This document shows, piece after piece, positions 12,971 to 26,340 of a stretch of DNA of 64,000 nucleotides (position 1 is its first letter; every line of letters starts with the position of its first letter). The stretch is from positions 434,001 through 498,000 of the forward strand of contig OZ025805.1 in NCBI GenBank assembly GCA_964019425.1. Direction: 5' to 3'. Under the pieces are notes generated by a model. It searched no databases and was not told the DNA's origin. It was given only the letters and a program-made list of their open reading frames with translations. The stretch comes from Flectonema sp. DT1601 (taxonomy: Eukaryota). The translations under genes were made by a program, and so were the position numbers.

Positions 12971-14949
12971 AAATGCAGATTTAGATTTTTTTTCTCTTTT
13001 TTTTTTCTTTTTTTTTTCTTCCTCCTCCTTCTTTCTATTCTTTTACTATAAGGGAGTGGGGAAAAAAAAAAAAACAACGAAAAAACAGTTTTTTTTTTTT
13101 TTTTTTTTTTTTAATTCTATTTATTAATTCATGTATGCCTCTCCCTTGAGCTCGACGTGTTCACGTGGCCTCCGCAGGTGTTTTTCAGCTTCAGTTTTTT
13201 TTTTTTTTTTTTTTTTTTTCCCTTAAAAAATACGACATCCCACTGCTTGTTAACAATTGCATGGGAGAAAAATTGGAAAGAGGAGTTATATTTAATATTT
13301 AAACCGAATCTCCCTTTTATTTCTTTTTTATTAACTTGATGTGTGTCTCGGAGAGGGAGAGGCATGTGAGTATATATATTTTTTTTTAAAAAAAGTTTCT
13401 CCAAAAATAATGTTTTTTTCTTGGGAATTAAAAGGGTTACTTTTTGGGTTATTGTTATTATTATTATTATTGTTGGTTGTTGTTGTTATTATTTTTTTTT
13501 TTTTTTTTATTCTTTTCTTTTATTTTTGTGCATGATGCATTCCACACTTTTTTCGTATGCCACAGTTTTGGTCATTATCGAGGGACTTTTTTTTTTGGTT
13601 GCGCACAAACAAAAACAAAGTGTGAGAATTATTTAGTGAGGTGCCGAATTCTTTTTTTTTTTATTTTTGTTTTTTCCTCGTCTCGTATAATGCTTCGACA
13701 TAAAGTCGTAGTATTGGACTCACAGGTGGTTAACCGTTCCACCCTGTTGTGTCTTATCTAGCCGGTACTCTAACTAAACGACAATTTTTTCGGCTAAACG
13801 CCGACTGGCAGATGATATTAAAAAAAGAGTAAAATCCCCCCGAATATGGATTCAATCTGTTGATTTTATAGCTCAACGAGAGGCTGTGATATATTATCCT
13901 CTTTTTTTACTAGTCAAAAAAAGTTGAGGAAAAAAAAAAAAAAAAAACCTCATCCTGAGGGCACAATTTGTTTTCAAAAATCTCAAAAAAAAAAAAAACT
14001 AGAAAACATCCACGGATGCCACCGAAGATTTTTAAAAAAAAAAAAAAAAAAAAAAACCAAAAGCTCAGAATCATTTTCTATGCTGCAAACGGTTGAATCG
14101 GTTACAAGAATAATATTATAAAAAGTGAGGAGGGACAGCACATGTATAGATGTCGGAAATGCACGTTTTTCTCTTTTTTTTTTTTTTTTTTTTTTAAAGA
14201 TTGTGGCCAAACTTCGTGTATGGAAGGAAATATAGTTGACCTGATGTATAGATTACGGTCCACAATGTTCAGTTTTAAGCTATGTCCTTCCTCCCCATTC
14301 CTTTTCTCTAGTTGCGTAGCTGAAACTATACCAAAAACCAACTTTACTTTTTTAGGGTAAATCGGTCCAGCGGCGAAAAAGCAAAAAAAAAAAAAAAAAA
14401 AAAAAAACGTTTTGTGTGAGAAGGTTTTCTAATTTCTGACTAGCAGCGTGTGAGGTTTAGTGCAACTGATTTTTTTAACCCCATTGTACTTCACCCCCCC
14501 TCAACAGGAGTTAACGAACAAGATACTCACATACGATAGCTTTAGAATATACCAACCAACAAGTTAGACTACATTAGCTTGGATTCTTTAGTAGGTGCCG
14601 AGGCCATGTAATGACCAATACAAACAATTCAAAATCATAATTAATTTAATTCTATGAAAATAAATCTAAACCAAAACGTTACGTAATAAAACACGCGACA
14701 CCCTTGCGTCGAGTACAAAACGCAGGTATATTAAAAGGACAATTAAAGACAACACCGAGTTATATTTATCCATTGGAGAACCTAACGTTAGAATTCAAAA
14801 CTCCCGTTAATATACCAAAAAATCTGAATGCGGTGTATGCGCCTTGCCAGCAGGATGATCTCCACCATGCATTCAACAAAAGGGGTAATGATAGCAGCTG
14901 GTCATTATGTATTTTATACCGTTAGTCTTAGGCAACATCTTCAATGTAA

Positions 14950-17325
14950 TTGGGGATTATTCTTAGACGCCCAACCAAAAGAAAGCCTCCGTGCAACACG
15001 GTTCGTTGTAACAAAACTCATACTAAAAATAATAACAAGGATTACGGCTCCCGCTCTTCCCTCCCTAATATGGACAACTCAAAGAAAGAATTAAATGAAA
15101 AGAAAAACCGTGCATGGCACAAAGACTGGATCAGTACAAAGAGTAACGATTATAGCTATGATTACAGCTATAAGTCGGATAGAGAAAGGAACAAGGATAG
15201 AATTCCGACATGGTTCACGCAGTGGCTCAAAACAATCCATACGGATTTCCGTGAAAATAATAACAAATATAAAAGCACAAAACATGTTGAGTCAAAAACA
15301 AGCATGAAAGTTGTACCGCATGGTAAGAAAAAACGTTATATTCCTCAGAAGAAGGTAACACACGTGATTCCCCAAAAGAAGGTGACACAGATAATTCCTC
15401 AGAAGAAGATGACACATTTCATCCCTCAGAAGAAGGTTACACCAAGAGTGGTCACGCACAAAAACAACCAACAAGGTTCAAAGAAACCCAATGGTAAGAA
15501 AGCGGATAGACAACCTCGATCGGATATGAAAAAGATAAAAAATATACAACAAAGTAAGGTATATTTGGGGACCAAGCAAAAAAGAGCAAACACGGTTTAC
15601 ATTACAAACCAAACTAAAAAAGTTAGTAATTCATCCAAACCGAAACATATACAGCATGTTAAAAAAGCTCAAAAGCAGAGTAAGAAAGGTAAGACAAATC
15701 AAAAACACTCAGCAAAGAAAGATAGCAACAAAACAGATGGCTATCAAACAGTCCCAGCGTCCAAAAAGAATAGAAAACCCGATACGGTTACGCACAGCGT
15801 TAATACGGGCTTTCACAGTGCGATTTTCAATCGTTATGAAGTTATCGCACGTGGCGCACAGCGATCGAAAAACCACGAAGAGGACAGAACAAAGGCGTTA
15901 AACATCTTTGAGATAACACATAAAAAAAGCCTAGAGATTGGCCGTAAACACAGAAGGATAAAAGATCCACTGAAGTTAAACTCAAACGAAACTGGAGTTA
16001 TTTACGCACTCGTGGATGAAAAGGGTTCGGCTAGATATGTCGGCCAAACTTCTAATACAGCTGCAAAAAGAGAATTAGGTCATTGGTATTCACGTCATTT
16101 GAAAAAAACGACCATTGCTAAATTAATCAAAAAGAGAGGTAGCCCTCTATTTGCAGCAGCATTAGAAAAAGTCAACATCGGTGACAGCCTAGTCAAAGAA
16201 GTGTTTCATACGGCAGCACACGCAGCTGAAGCATTTTGGATTAGACATTTAAATCCACAGGCGAATATGTTTCGCATGGCTAGTAAGGCTTATATCGGCA
16301 AACCGCTGTCGAAGAAAGACCAGGAAAAAGAACGCAGGGTTCATGAAACACGGGAACCTGCACTTCCGAGAAGATGGTACCACTTGGAAGGTGATTTAAT
16401 TATAATCGAGACCAGACAAGGGAAATACATTGGAATTCGAAAACAAATCCAAAGTATGATCTCGGATGGTAAAGTCAACGAAGACAAAATCGCCACTTGG
16501 ACAATCAACAGGACACGAAGGATTCTAACATGGATTTTTGATCACATTGATGCACCACATCAAGAAATTGAAATTGTCAAAAAAATAATTCTGGCACTTC
16601 GAGATAGACTTTCTGATAAAAAGAAAGACAAAGAAGCGGTGAGAATTTCCAAACTGGGATCCACCTGGTTGAAGATACGGTACGTTCATCCGATAATTGA
16701 ATAACTGGATCTCAAAAGGATATTCACATGTAGGCAAGCGCTCCTCCTCGCAAAAAACTACGCGGATACACTTCCTACAATGAAAGTGTCAAAGAATTTA
16801 ACGACAAAGTTAGAAGATTTACTTTGCGACAGAGCCACCGATAGCTCTACTATTGAACCAGAACCGAAATTATGCGACTCCTCAACTTGTAAATGTCACA
16901 ATTTCATCAAAAAGGAATTCAGGGAACGTGAGAAACATGTCATCACACATTCTTCAAAATTGGATATATCAACAAGACTGAAGACCCTGTTATCAAGGGG
17001 AGCGAAGTATCGGTTATGTGAAGATCCAAAGACAATCACAGAGGAAGTAATGAATGCTATTGACGAATACATCGGTCACTACTTCCCAGACAAAAAGTTT
17101 ATTCCACTGTGTAACTTTTTAAAGAACGCCACAAAAAAACAAATTGGGAAATTACCCCAAGTAGATGTCATAGACGAATTTCAACAAGTGAGAAAGGAGG
17201 TCACAGAATTACGTAAACATCTTGTCTTTACTAACATTGATAAGACAACACACGATCTGGCAGTATGCTGTAAGGCCTACTACACCTTCAAATTGAGTGA
17301 ACAAGTCAATAATAATGTTGTATAG
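14950..17325 (+). mobile_element. Decayed Penelope-like retroelement, GIY-YIG endonuclease N-terminal to a truncated RT
   Basis: GVIYALVD...RYVGQT...KRELGH...AEAFWI is a GIY-YIG domain (~15994-16260). ORFs 14950-16704 and 16780-17325 are in the same frame, separated only by TAA 16702-16704. The downstream part has PLE RT N-terminal motifs LSRGAKYR and VFTNIDKTTHDLAVCCKAYY, then stops before the RT catalytic core. Confidence 0.75.
15340..15444 (+). repeat. 27-bp coding tandem repeat x4 (IPQKKVTxx)
   Basis: attcctcagaagaaggtaacacacgtg-type units, visible in the DNA and in the translation. Confidence 0.9.
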
Positions 17326-17351
17326 CTGAGAATCAGAAAAATATCCTGAAA

Positions 17352-17501
17352 TTGAGGGAAGAGGAGATACAGATCTTGTTCGGAAAAGGTGAATATTTTG
17401 GTATCACTGCAGAAGAGAGGGGTTTCTACCTGCGTAGGCTGCAAACTGCAAGGGCCGATGCTAAAGCTGAGAAAACACGACTCGCACTCGTTGGATCACA
17501 A
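17352..17501 (+). pseudogene. Possible orphan first exon of a Crinkler-type paralog
   Basis: Helical reading frame ending at a GTATGCTTTT donor like that of exon 1 of the 19753 gene. No matching downstream exon found. Confidence 0.3.
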
Positions 17502-18023
17502 GTATGCTTTTTTCTTTTTTGCATTGGGGAAAAGGGGTAGGGGGCTCGGAAAGGTGGTGTGACAAAGTGAACCGCGATTGTTTTATATGTCAGGTTTATG
17601 ACTCTAACAACATTAATAAGATACCGAAAAGGTGTTTTATTAAAGATGGCTCCAAAATCATGGAAAAAACCATAGACTTTGAGCACAAGACCAATGGAAA
17701 CAAGGCATGCTTCAACGCCTCTCAAAAGATCAAACATTATCAGATTGATCCAAAAAAAGAACATGGACCCCTTCAAGAAAGCTCAAGTTTTAACCCGAGT
17801 ATTTCATGGAGGGGGGATAAATTTTTCAAGAATGGGAATAAAAAGGTTACGATGGATAATTCGAATATTTCAAAGAATGTCACCAATAAACCCAGCCAGG
17901 TTACGAACTAGTAACAGCATGAAGAATGTTTTTTTTATTTTCATGCATGATAACAAAGTAACTGCATCCTAGTCTTGCAAACTAAGATGTTTAAGTCACA
18001 ATGGCAGACTTTCTTCTACTATA

Positions 18024-18200
18024 CTGATGATGAGAGAATAGAGGTAAGGAGGTACTCTCGAAAACCTGAATAGTTACTTTAAAAGGTTAAGTTAAGCATC
18101 ACACCTAGTCACTGTATCTAAAAACTAATGTTAAATTATCGTTATGTTGTTTATGATACAATACATTTGTATTTTACAAAAATCAAACAGTTAAGCCCCC
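18024..18200 (+). repeat. Dispersed ~0.2-kb repeat with hammerhead-like core
   Basis: CTGATGA-T-GAGAG...CTCTC-GAAA followed by ...tagtcactgtatctaaaaactaatgttaaattatcg. Full or partial copies near 4950, 6412, 22637, 29125, 32238, 36685, 39798 and 60915. Confidence 0.75.
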
Positions 18201-18362
18201 TGCACATGTAATGTACTTCTCTGAGGGGCCTGTACAACAGTTTCATTATTTTTTTGATTATTTTTACAAAGATCAGTTTTTCATTCTCAAACTTTCCTTT
18301 AATTTTTATTTTTATTTTTGATGTGTGTAAAGCAATTCTTGTTTTAATCTGTAACGGACTAC

Positions 18363-18692
18363 ATGGTAAATCGCTTTCAATCACAAAATGCACCTGAGAA
18401 AGAACTCCAGGAACGCGCTGGAGATGTGAAAACCCTCTCCGAAGACGAGCTTAGAAAGAACACATCTGCATCAGTTTCTCCACGTGATGTCCACCTGGTC
18501 TTCACAAACAAGACTCTTCCACAAGATTGGAAAGGAATTCTGAGAGAATGCAACCCCGAGGCAACATTTGGTGCGGTGCATGGTGGAAACTTCAAAAGTT
18601 ATTTCGGTCCATTTGCTCCATTTTGGACTGGAGCACATTGCTCAGGCATCGGGCTTTCATGCCTCGTAGATTGTGTAGGTTTTTGTAGGTAA
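18363..18692 (+). pseudogene. C-terminal fragment of a Crinkler-type nuclease paralog
   Basis: DVHLVFTN...FGAVHGGNFKSYFGPFAPFW aligns by eye to DVFVLMTN...FGVVSYENMDDYFGPFAPFW of the 19753-22203 gene. Confidence 0.7.
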
Positions 18693-19752
18693 ATGGCTTA
18701 TTTACCTCCTCTTGATTACCTCCTCTTATTTTTACAAAATCGAACATACGTCCCCCCTTATCCCATTTGTTTTAAATGAGGAATCTTTCAGTTCCCTTGC
18801 CTTTCCTCAAATGAAAACAACAACAGGGTAAAAAAAAAAAAAGTGCATGGGCCCTCTCTTCCTTTCGTTGCTGAAAAAAAAAAAAAAAAAAACTCTTCCA
18901 CCTTCTCGAATAAGACTCCCTCCCCACGACTAAATCCCAACAGCATTCCACATTTCTACCTTACAACTTTTTGTTTTATTTGCCACATTCAAAAACAACT
19001 TCCACCTTCTGAACTACAGAGTTCACAAACAACACCTCCAGCTTCCTCTTACTCTTTCCAAATGAAAAAAGGGAGCATGAAAATGATTGGATAACCGAGA
19101 AAGAGAATGGGCAAATATAACCCAGCAAAGCGACCTTCTCCTGTTTTAAATTTGAAAGAAAAAAGTGGTCACATTAAAAGAAATGCATCGGATATTAATC
19201 CTTGATTGATTGGTCGTTTTGTGAAGTTTGCTAACTTATACTTTCTTTCGTTTACAGAATTACGGTTATCAGTACCATAGGTTGTGTGAACTGCAGGGTA
19301 TGTCGGCATCGGTTAGCATGCTGTTCGTCATCGGAACAGTCGCATTCCCTGAGGCTCGGACTTTGTTGTTGTGGAGAGATTTATAATATTGGGATCTTGT
19401 CTTCTTTAGTCCAACTACCATCTCTGTAGATATTGTAATGCAACAACAAATGCCAGAGGAGAACAATTTTCTTGAGTGACTGGAGTTTGAGGTGCCATGA
19501 AAACCGATGTCCTGACAAGCAAGACGAAGATGAAGAAGAATAGAAAGCCTACCCAGGTGGCCCAACATTTATAGAAGAACTTCCCAATAGGTTTTAAAGT
19601 CCTTTAGTAGAGAACAAGACCCTGGAGAGCGGGGACCCTATCTAGGTTTCACATTTCAAACTCGAAAGAAGTATACACCGATTCGTCAATTTTTAATACG
19701 GTTTTGGTAATTTATTTCCCCACAGGCAACACCCCACCCCCCAAAAAAACCA

Positions 19753-22203
19753 ATGACAACTACGCCAAATGAAGTCGCAGTTGCTTCAGAGAATGACGAA
19801 ATCAGAATGTCCTTGAGGGAGACGAGAACGCGGATTGAAACGATCGATACAGAATTAGAGAAACTCATCGACATTGTTATGAAACCAGCAGGAACCCTCA
19901 CGGGTGATGAAAAAAGCTTCTTGGACGAGTGCTGCATCAGTTCAGGCGATCCCCAAGGTCACAGGCAGAAACTTAAGCAGGAATTGAAGGAACTGAAAGA
20001 AACGGAGAACAAACTGCTTGGCAAGTTGCCGAATACTTCTGAGGTATGCTTTTGCTTTTTTCTTTAACCCATTTCGGGGGAAACCTGTCTGATCGGGTCC
20101 GACGTTTTTTTGTATTGGTCACGGTACAGCCCCTCGGACAGATTGTTCTTTTGCAGTTTAGTGAAACCATATTCGAAACACATTTGAACACCAACCACCA
20201 AACAGAAAACACACAACGAAAGCGAACGCGAGGATGGTATTAAGCGACTGCAATATGATGTCCCTCAGTTGATAATGGACTGTGCTCGCGGAAGATTGGA
20301 GAGGGATGGTGCCAAAAAGCTTTTGGGGACAAAAGGAATGACCTGGGACTTCGATGGAATTCAGAAAGTGTTGGATGAAGTTTGGGAGGTCATCGACACA
20401 AACTATGTCTGTTGGTCAACAACCACTGACAAAAAAGAGTTTCAGATGATGTTTTATGCTCAGGGGCAAGGAACAGGGAAGAGCAGGACACTGACAGAAA
20501 TCAATAAGATGGAATCACTGATTACTAATGTTATCAATTTGGGGTTCGAACACACAATGCACATCAACATAACTTTCGACAACGGAACTAGTTCTGAAGG
20601 AGAGTTTCATGACAACAAACTTGACTATCTGAAATATAGAATATTATTTCATTTGATTGGTGATTCAGTAACTAAAGCAAAATCAAACAGTAAAGGCTTT
20701 CCTGAGTTCTGCAACAAGTGTACCACTGGATTAACATTACATGAGGTAATTGAGTTGGCAGCAGGTAGATTCACCAACGACATGAAGAAAGTGGCAGTCT
20801 TCCTCATGATCGACAGCATTCAAAAGCTGGGTGATGGTTCTAGTACGAATGATCCACTGCGTGAACTAATTCGTGGTCTGTCGGGGTTGTGTCTGTCGTC
20901 ATCGGTTTTTATAATTCCGGTCATTTCCGCTACACAGCACATCCCGCTTGCCGATGCTGTGCAAGAGAGCCGGACTAACTACAGGTTCATGGAAACACCA
21001 TCACTGTCAGGCATCCCTAAAAGGGATGGAAATTACATCTTCACTGATACCCCTGCAAACTGTGCATTGTACAACCTGACTCACCGACACCCGCGGACAG
21101 TTGAGAGTTTAGAGAAAGTCCTGAATGATGGTGAGACAACGAATCTTAAAGATACTGCTGAGAAGGTGCTTTCACATGTGGAAAACAACTACAACGCAAT
21201 CAAACAACTTTCACTAGATGCACAGAACAAACTGATATACCTTGCTATCACAAAGGTTTTAGTAAGCCATTCAACAATTGTAGTGGACCAGAATCTTGAC
21301 TTCTTCCTGAAAATGGGACTGATGGATCTTCAGAATAATATCCTGAGGCTTTCACCGATTTGGCTTTGTATTGTCGCAAACCCCATGCTTGAGGGTTCAC
21401 TACTAAAAGGCTGGGACTGGCATGCTGCGATCTATGGGGAGTCATGGGAACTGTTCACATCGTGGTACAGATGCCTATTGTCTAAGGTCCATCCTCAAGG
21501 ATCTATCAAGCTGAAAGACCTGCACCACGGGATGCAATTCGCTGGTCGAAGTGGGGATATCGAAATTAACAACCAGCCACTGATTCTCGGTGAATCAAAG
21601 GAACAACTTGGAACGAAATATAGTCAGAATAGAAGAGCTAATAAGCTGATCAAGAATGGAAAGGGTGCAGCTTGTGGAGACTTCTTTTGTACACTCAGTC
21701 AGGTTGACCCACAGAGAGAAATAAATGAGGTGACTCAATGCCACACGCAGGAATTTGTGGAGCCTGATGAAAAACCGGTTTTTGCAGGGGAAAAGCTTAG
21801 CAAACTGGAAACAGACCGTTCGCGTTCCTGTGATGACAACGATGTCTTTGTGTTGATGACCAATAAACGAACAACGAACTTGAATACAGGGAGACAGTCC
21901 TGGAAAAACGATATGGATGGAAAGCTGTTTGGTGTTGTTTCTTATGAAAACATGGATGATTACTTTGGACCATTCGCCCCTTTCTGGAGACCTATTGTGA
22001 AGAAAGAATACCCACTAGCAGAGAGTTTAGAACGAGTGGAAAGTAGTCCAACAGCAACCTCCTCATCTGTGTCTGGGACCTTAGCCTGTAGATATTGTAA
22101 TGCAACAACAAATGTCAGAGGAGAGGAATTTTCGAGTGACTGGAGTTTGAGGTGCCATGAAAACCGATGTCCTGACAAGCAAGACGAAGATGAAGAAGAA
22201 TAG
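19753..22203 (+). CDS. Crinkler/RHS-type effector: coiled-coil header + P-loop NTPase + restriction-endonuclease-like domain + C2HC zinc finger; join(19753..20043,20206..22203)
   Basis: Walker A QGQGTGKS, Walker B FLMIDSIQ, CR-REase-like NGKGAACGD...EVTQCH and YFGPFA motifs, terminal CRYC...HENRC. The GTATG donor at 20044 and AACAG acceptor at 20205 join in phase 0. Confidence 0.75.
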
Positions 22204-22326
22204 AAAGCCTACCCAGGTGGCCCAACATTTATAGAAGAACTTCCCAATAGGTTTTAAAGTCCTTTAGTAGAGAACAAGACCCTGGAGAGCGGGGACCCTA
22301 TCTAGGTTTCACATTTCAAACTCTTT

Positions 22327-24237
22327 AACGCCTCTCAAAAGGTCAAACATTATCAGATTGATCCAAAAAAAGAACATGGACCCCTTCAAGAAAGCTCAAG
22401 TTTTAACCCGAGTATTTCATGGAGGGGGGATAAATTTTTCAAGAATGGGAATAAAAAGGTTACGATGGATAATTCGAATATTTCAAAGAATGTCACCAAT
22501 AAACCCAGCCAGGTTACGAACTAGTAACAGCATGAAGAATGTTTTTTTTATATACATGCATGATAACAAAGTAACTGCATCCTAGTCTTGCAAAGTAAGA
22601 TGTTTAAGTCACAATGGCAGACTTTCTTCTACTATACTGATGATGAGAGAATAGAGGTAAGGAGGTACTCTCGAAAACCTGAATAGTTACTTTAAAAGGT
22701 TAAGTTAAGCATCACACCTAGTCACTGTATCTAAAAACTAATGTTAAATTATCGTTATGTTGTTTATGATACAATACATTTGTATTTTACAAAAATCAAA
22801 CAGTTAAGCCCCCTGCACATGTAATGTACTTCTCTGAGGGGCCTGTACAACAGTTTCATTATTTTTTTGATTATTTTTACAAAGATCAGTTTTTCATTCT
22901 CAAACTTTCCTTTAATTTTTATTTTTATTTTTGATGTGTGTAAAGCAATTCTTGTTTTAATCTGTAACGGACTACATGGTAAATCGCTTTCAATCACAAA
23001 ATGCACCTGAGAAAGAACTCCAGGAACGCGCTGGAGATGTGAAAACCCTCTCCGAAGACGAGCTTAGAAAGAACACATCTGCATCAGTTTCTCCACGTGA
23101 TGTCCACCTGGTCTTCACAAACAAGACTCTTCCACAAGATTGGAAAGGAATTCTGAGAGAATGCAACCCCGAGGCAACATTTGGTGCGGTGCATGGTGGA
23201 AACTTCAAAAGTTATTTCGGTCCATTTGCTCCATTTTGGACTGCGCATACCAACTTCCCAACGAGCACATTGCTCAGGCATCGGGCTTTCATGCCTCGTA
23301 GATTGTGTAGGTTTTTGTAGGTAAATGGCTTATTTACCTCCTCTTGATTACCTCCTCTTATTTTTACAAAATCGAACATACGTCCCCCCTTATCCCATTT
23401 GTTTTAAATGAGGAATCTTTCAGTTCCCTTGCCTTTCCTCAAATGAAAACAACAACAGGGTAAAAAAAAAAAAGTGCATGGGCCCTCTCTTCCTTTCGTT
23501 GCTGAAAAAAAAAAAAAAAAAAACTCTTCTACCTTCTCGAATAAGACTCCCTCCCCACGACTAAATCCCAACAGCATTCCACATTTCTACCTTACAACTT
23601 TTTGTTTTATTTGCCACATTCAAAAACAACTTCCACCTTCTGAACTACAGAGTTCACAAACAACACCTCCAGCTTCCTCTTACTCTTTCCAAATGAAAAA
23701 AGGGAGCATGAAAATGATTGGATAACCGAGAAAGAGAATGGGCAAATATAACCCAGCAAAGCGACCTTCTCCTGTTTTAAATTTGAAAGAAAAAAGTGGT
23801 CACATTAAAAGAAATGCATCGGATATTAATCCTTGATTGATTGGTCGTTTTGTGAAGTTTGCTAACTTATACTTTCTTTCCTTTACAGAATTACGGTTAT
23901 CAGTACCATAGGTTGTGTGAACTGCAGGGTATGTCGGCATCGGTTAGCATGCTGTTCGTCATCGGAACAGTCGCATTCCCTGAGGCTCGGACTTTGTTGT
24001 TGTGGAGAGATTTATAATATTGGGATCTTGTCTTCTTTAGTCCAACTACCATCTCTGTAGATATTGTAATGCAACAACAAATGCCAGAGGAGAACAATTT
24101 TCTTGAGTGACTGGAGTTTGAGGTGCCATGAAAACCGATGTCCTGACAAGCAAGACGAAGATGAAGAAGAATAGAAAGCCTACCCAGGTGGCCCAACATT
24201 TATAGAAGAACTTCCCAATAGATTTTAAAGTCCTTTA
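22327..24237. repeat. ~1.9-kb direct repeat, copy 2
   Basis: Matches 17714-19606. Confidence 0.95.
22976..23320 (+). pseudogene. C-terminal fragment of a Crinkler-type nuclease paralog (duplicate)
   Basis: Duplicate of 18363-18692 with an 18-bp longer 3' part. Confidence 0.7.
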
Positions 24238-24418
24238 AGATAGTGATGAAATGATGATTTAAAAAAAGAAGCTGCAACTGCGTGTTCGAAATACTAAAAA
24301 AGGTGAACGACTAAAGTAAAAGTATTTTCAGGTTTAAAACTGCGACTAAAAGAAACCATTTATTCATTCCACTCACTAACCCAAAGAAGTTGAGCTGTAG
24401 TTGTCAAAGTCTCTTATG

Positions 24419-25795
24419 TGGGGAGTGGGATGTGGATCCGGAGGAAGTTGAACATTTGTTTGCTGGTGATACCCTTTGCGAAACTGATCGGCTGGCAGAT
24501 CATGGAGTGGTTGCAAACAGCGAGTTTGAAATGGCGAAGAAGCAGTTTAGGATATTCGGTAAATGCTGGTTTGTTGATGATGCAAAACGGGAGAATCTGC
24601 TTCTTTGGATGAGAGACCACATTACGGAGTATTTATGTCTGGACACTGCCACATTCACAGAAGATGGTTGCCTCACTGTTGAAGGTGACATACTTCCTTC
24701 AGATGCCGAACAGATTGTTTTCCGCAATTCAAATTCCAACAGCACAGCCATGTCATCAGTTACCACTATCGGAGATGAGTTCTTGTTCCGTTGTTCACAA
24801 ATCACTTCTCTTGACCTATCATGTCTAAGTAGTGTCACTACTATTGGAGAAAGATTCTTATATTTCTGTTCAGAAATCACTTCTGTAAACCTTCCAGATC
24901 TCAGTAGTGTCACCACTATTGGAGATAAATTCTTATTTTATTGTTCAAGGATCACTTCTGCTGACCTTTCGGGTCTAAGTAGTGTTACTGTTATTGGACA
25001 TTTGTTCTTGTGTTCCTGTTCACAAATTAGCGCGCCTCCTCGTGGTGTTACCTGGAGAGTGCTGACGTATTGTTGTTGTTGCTGTGTATTCTTTTACCCC
25101 CGTTTTATTTTCCGGTAGCCTAACCTTTAAAAAAAAAAAAGGACAACATAGCAGAAGGTCAGGTGATCCGATCGCCTGAAATGTATTAACAGTATCAGCC
25201 CCGCGAGTTACTCGGGGAGCTCCCATGCAATGTGTGGAGAAAGAGGCCATCCCTCCCCCTACCTCTCTGCTTTACTACGTCGTTTTTTGTGTGTGGCATT
25301 TCTTTTCTTATATTCTTTTCTTTTCAATCTTGTTCCTTCACACGCAGTTGTTCGAGCGGTTGTGAACCACCTTGGGTCTCTTACGGTCTCCAAGCTACTG
25401 TTGTGCGAAGAAACAAATCTGTTGGTGCGGTGGCCTTCCGACGCCACCTGGACCGCAACTCGTTCACAGTGCCCTACCCGGTTCTCCACCGGACCGCCTG
25501 AGCGACGGGATCCATGGGATTCAAACCCCTAAACACTGGTTAATTTTTTTTTCATTGTTCAAGGATCACTTCTGTTGACCTTTCGAGTTTAAGTAGTGTT
25601 ACTGTTATTGGAGATGAGTTTTTGTTTTCCTGTAAAGAAATCACTTCTCTTGACCTTTCAGATCTAAGTAGTGTCACCACTATTGGTGATCGCTTTATCA
25701 GTAAATGCGACTCTCTTGAATCTGTCCAGCTTCCTGAAAGTAATAGCGCTCTCTTTGAGAAGTCTGTGAAAGCAGCGATTGATCATTCAGGATAA
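24419..25795 (+). pseudogene. Ubl-LRR pseudogene, 5'-truncated and interrupted by a short retroelement
   Basis: Starts mid-domain at EWDVDPEE, has LRR units on both sides of the 25028-25551 insertion, and ends AAIDHSG*. Confidence 0.85.
25028..25551 (+). mobile_element. Non-autonomous LRR-targeting retroelement, internally deleted copy
   Basis: Homologous to 34166-34859. Lacks the first 17 nt, the ribozyme P4 segment and a central block. Ends ...aaacactggttaa-T(n). Flanks do not match each other. Confidence 0.9.
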
Positions 25796-26185
25796 AGTGG
25801 TGAATTGATTCTTAAAGTTTTGTTTTTTTTGTAATTTTTGTTTTATTAATTACTTGACCTTCGTGTACATTCCGACTGAAATATGAAAACTTCTTATCAA
25901 AGATTACGGAATAAGAACAATCATCGATTTGAGAACTACTTTAAAAGGTATTCCGGTCACATAAAAGAAAGGAAGGAAAAGAAAGAAAAGGAAAAAAGAC
26001 CGCATGGCATTTGCTCCAGATCGAAGTTATTATTATTTTTAAAACAGCTACCCGGATGTACATTATTTTAGACAGAGGCTATCCGAAATTTTCAACTTTT
26101 TCATTATAGTTTTTTATAAACAATATTTTTTTTTAATCTAAACTTCCATCACAGGATACTTTTTCTCACCACAAGAACTCTTGCG

Positions 26186-26340
26186 ATGCAGGTTTCTGTA
26201 GTGTTTCCCGACTCAGGATTTGGAGATGCAGTTTTGACATCAACATCAGAGTCTGTCGTACGTGATGTTATAGAAACAGTTAACTGAGGAATGGGATGTT
26301 GACTCAGAATTTATTGAGATGATCGTATTGCGGTGATGTT
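26186..26340 (+). pseudogene. Divergent frameshifted Ubl-domain fragment
   Basis: Translates MQVSVVFPDSGFGDAVLTSTSESVVRDVIETV / EEWDVDSEFIEM, similar to the family N-terminus. Confidence 0.7.

Larger units (their letters stand above)
17714..19606. repeat. ~1.9-kb direct repeat, copy 1 (copy 2 at 22327-24237)
   Basis: Near-identical sequence at offset 4613, becoming 4631 after an 18-bp indel. Identical small ORFs recur in the track. Confidence 0.95.

Noticed and set aside
14704..14949. IYPLENLTLE segment as a pseudo-LTR copy of the PLE RT C-terminus
   Set aside because: Only a short motif resemblance with several stops. Not supportable without alignment.
16702..16704. Selenocysteine or recoded stop in the Penelope-like ORF
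   Set aside because: The stop is TAA, not TGA, and other genes terminate normally at TAA/TAG/TGA. A nonsense mutation is simpler.
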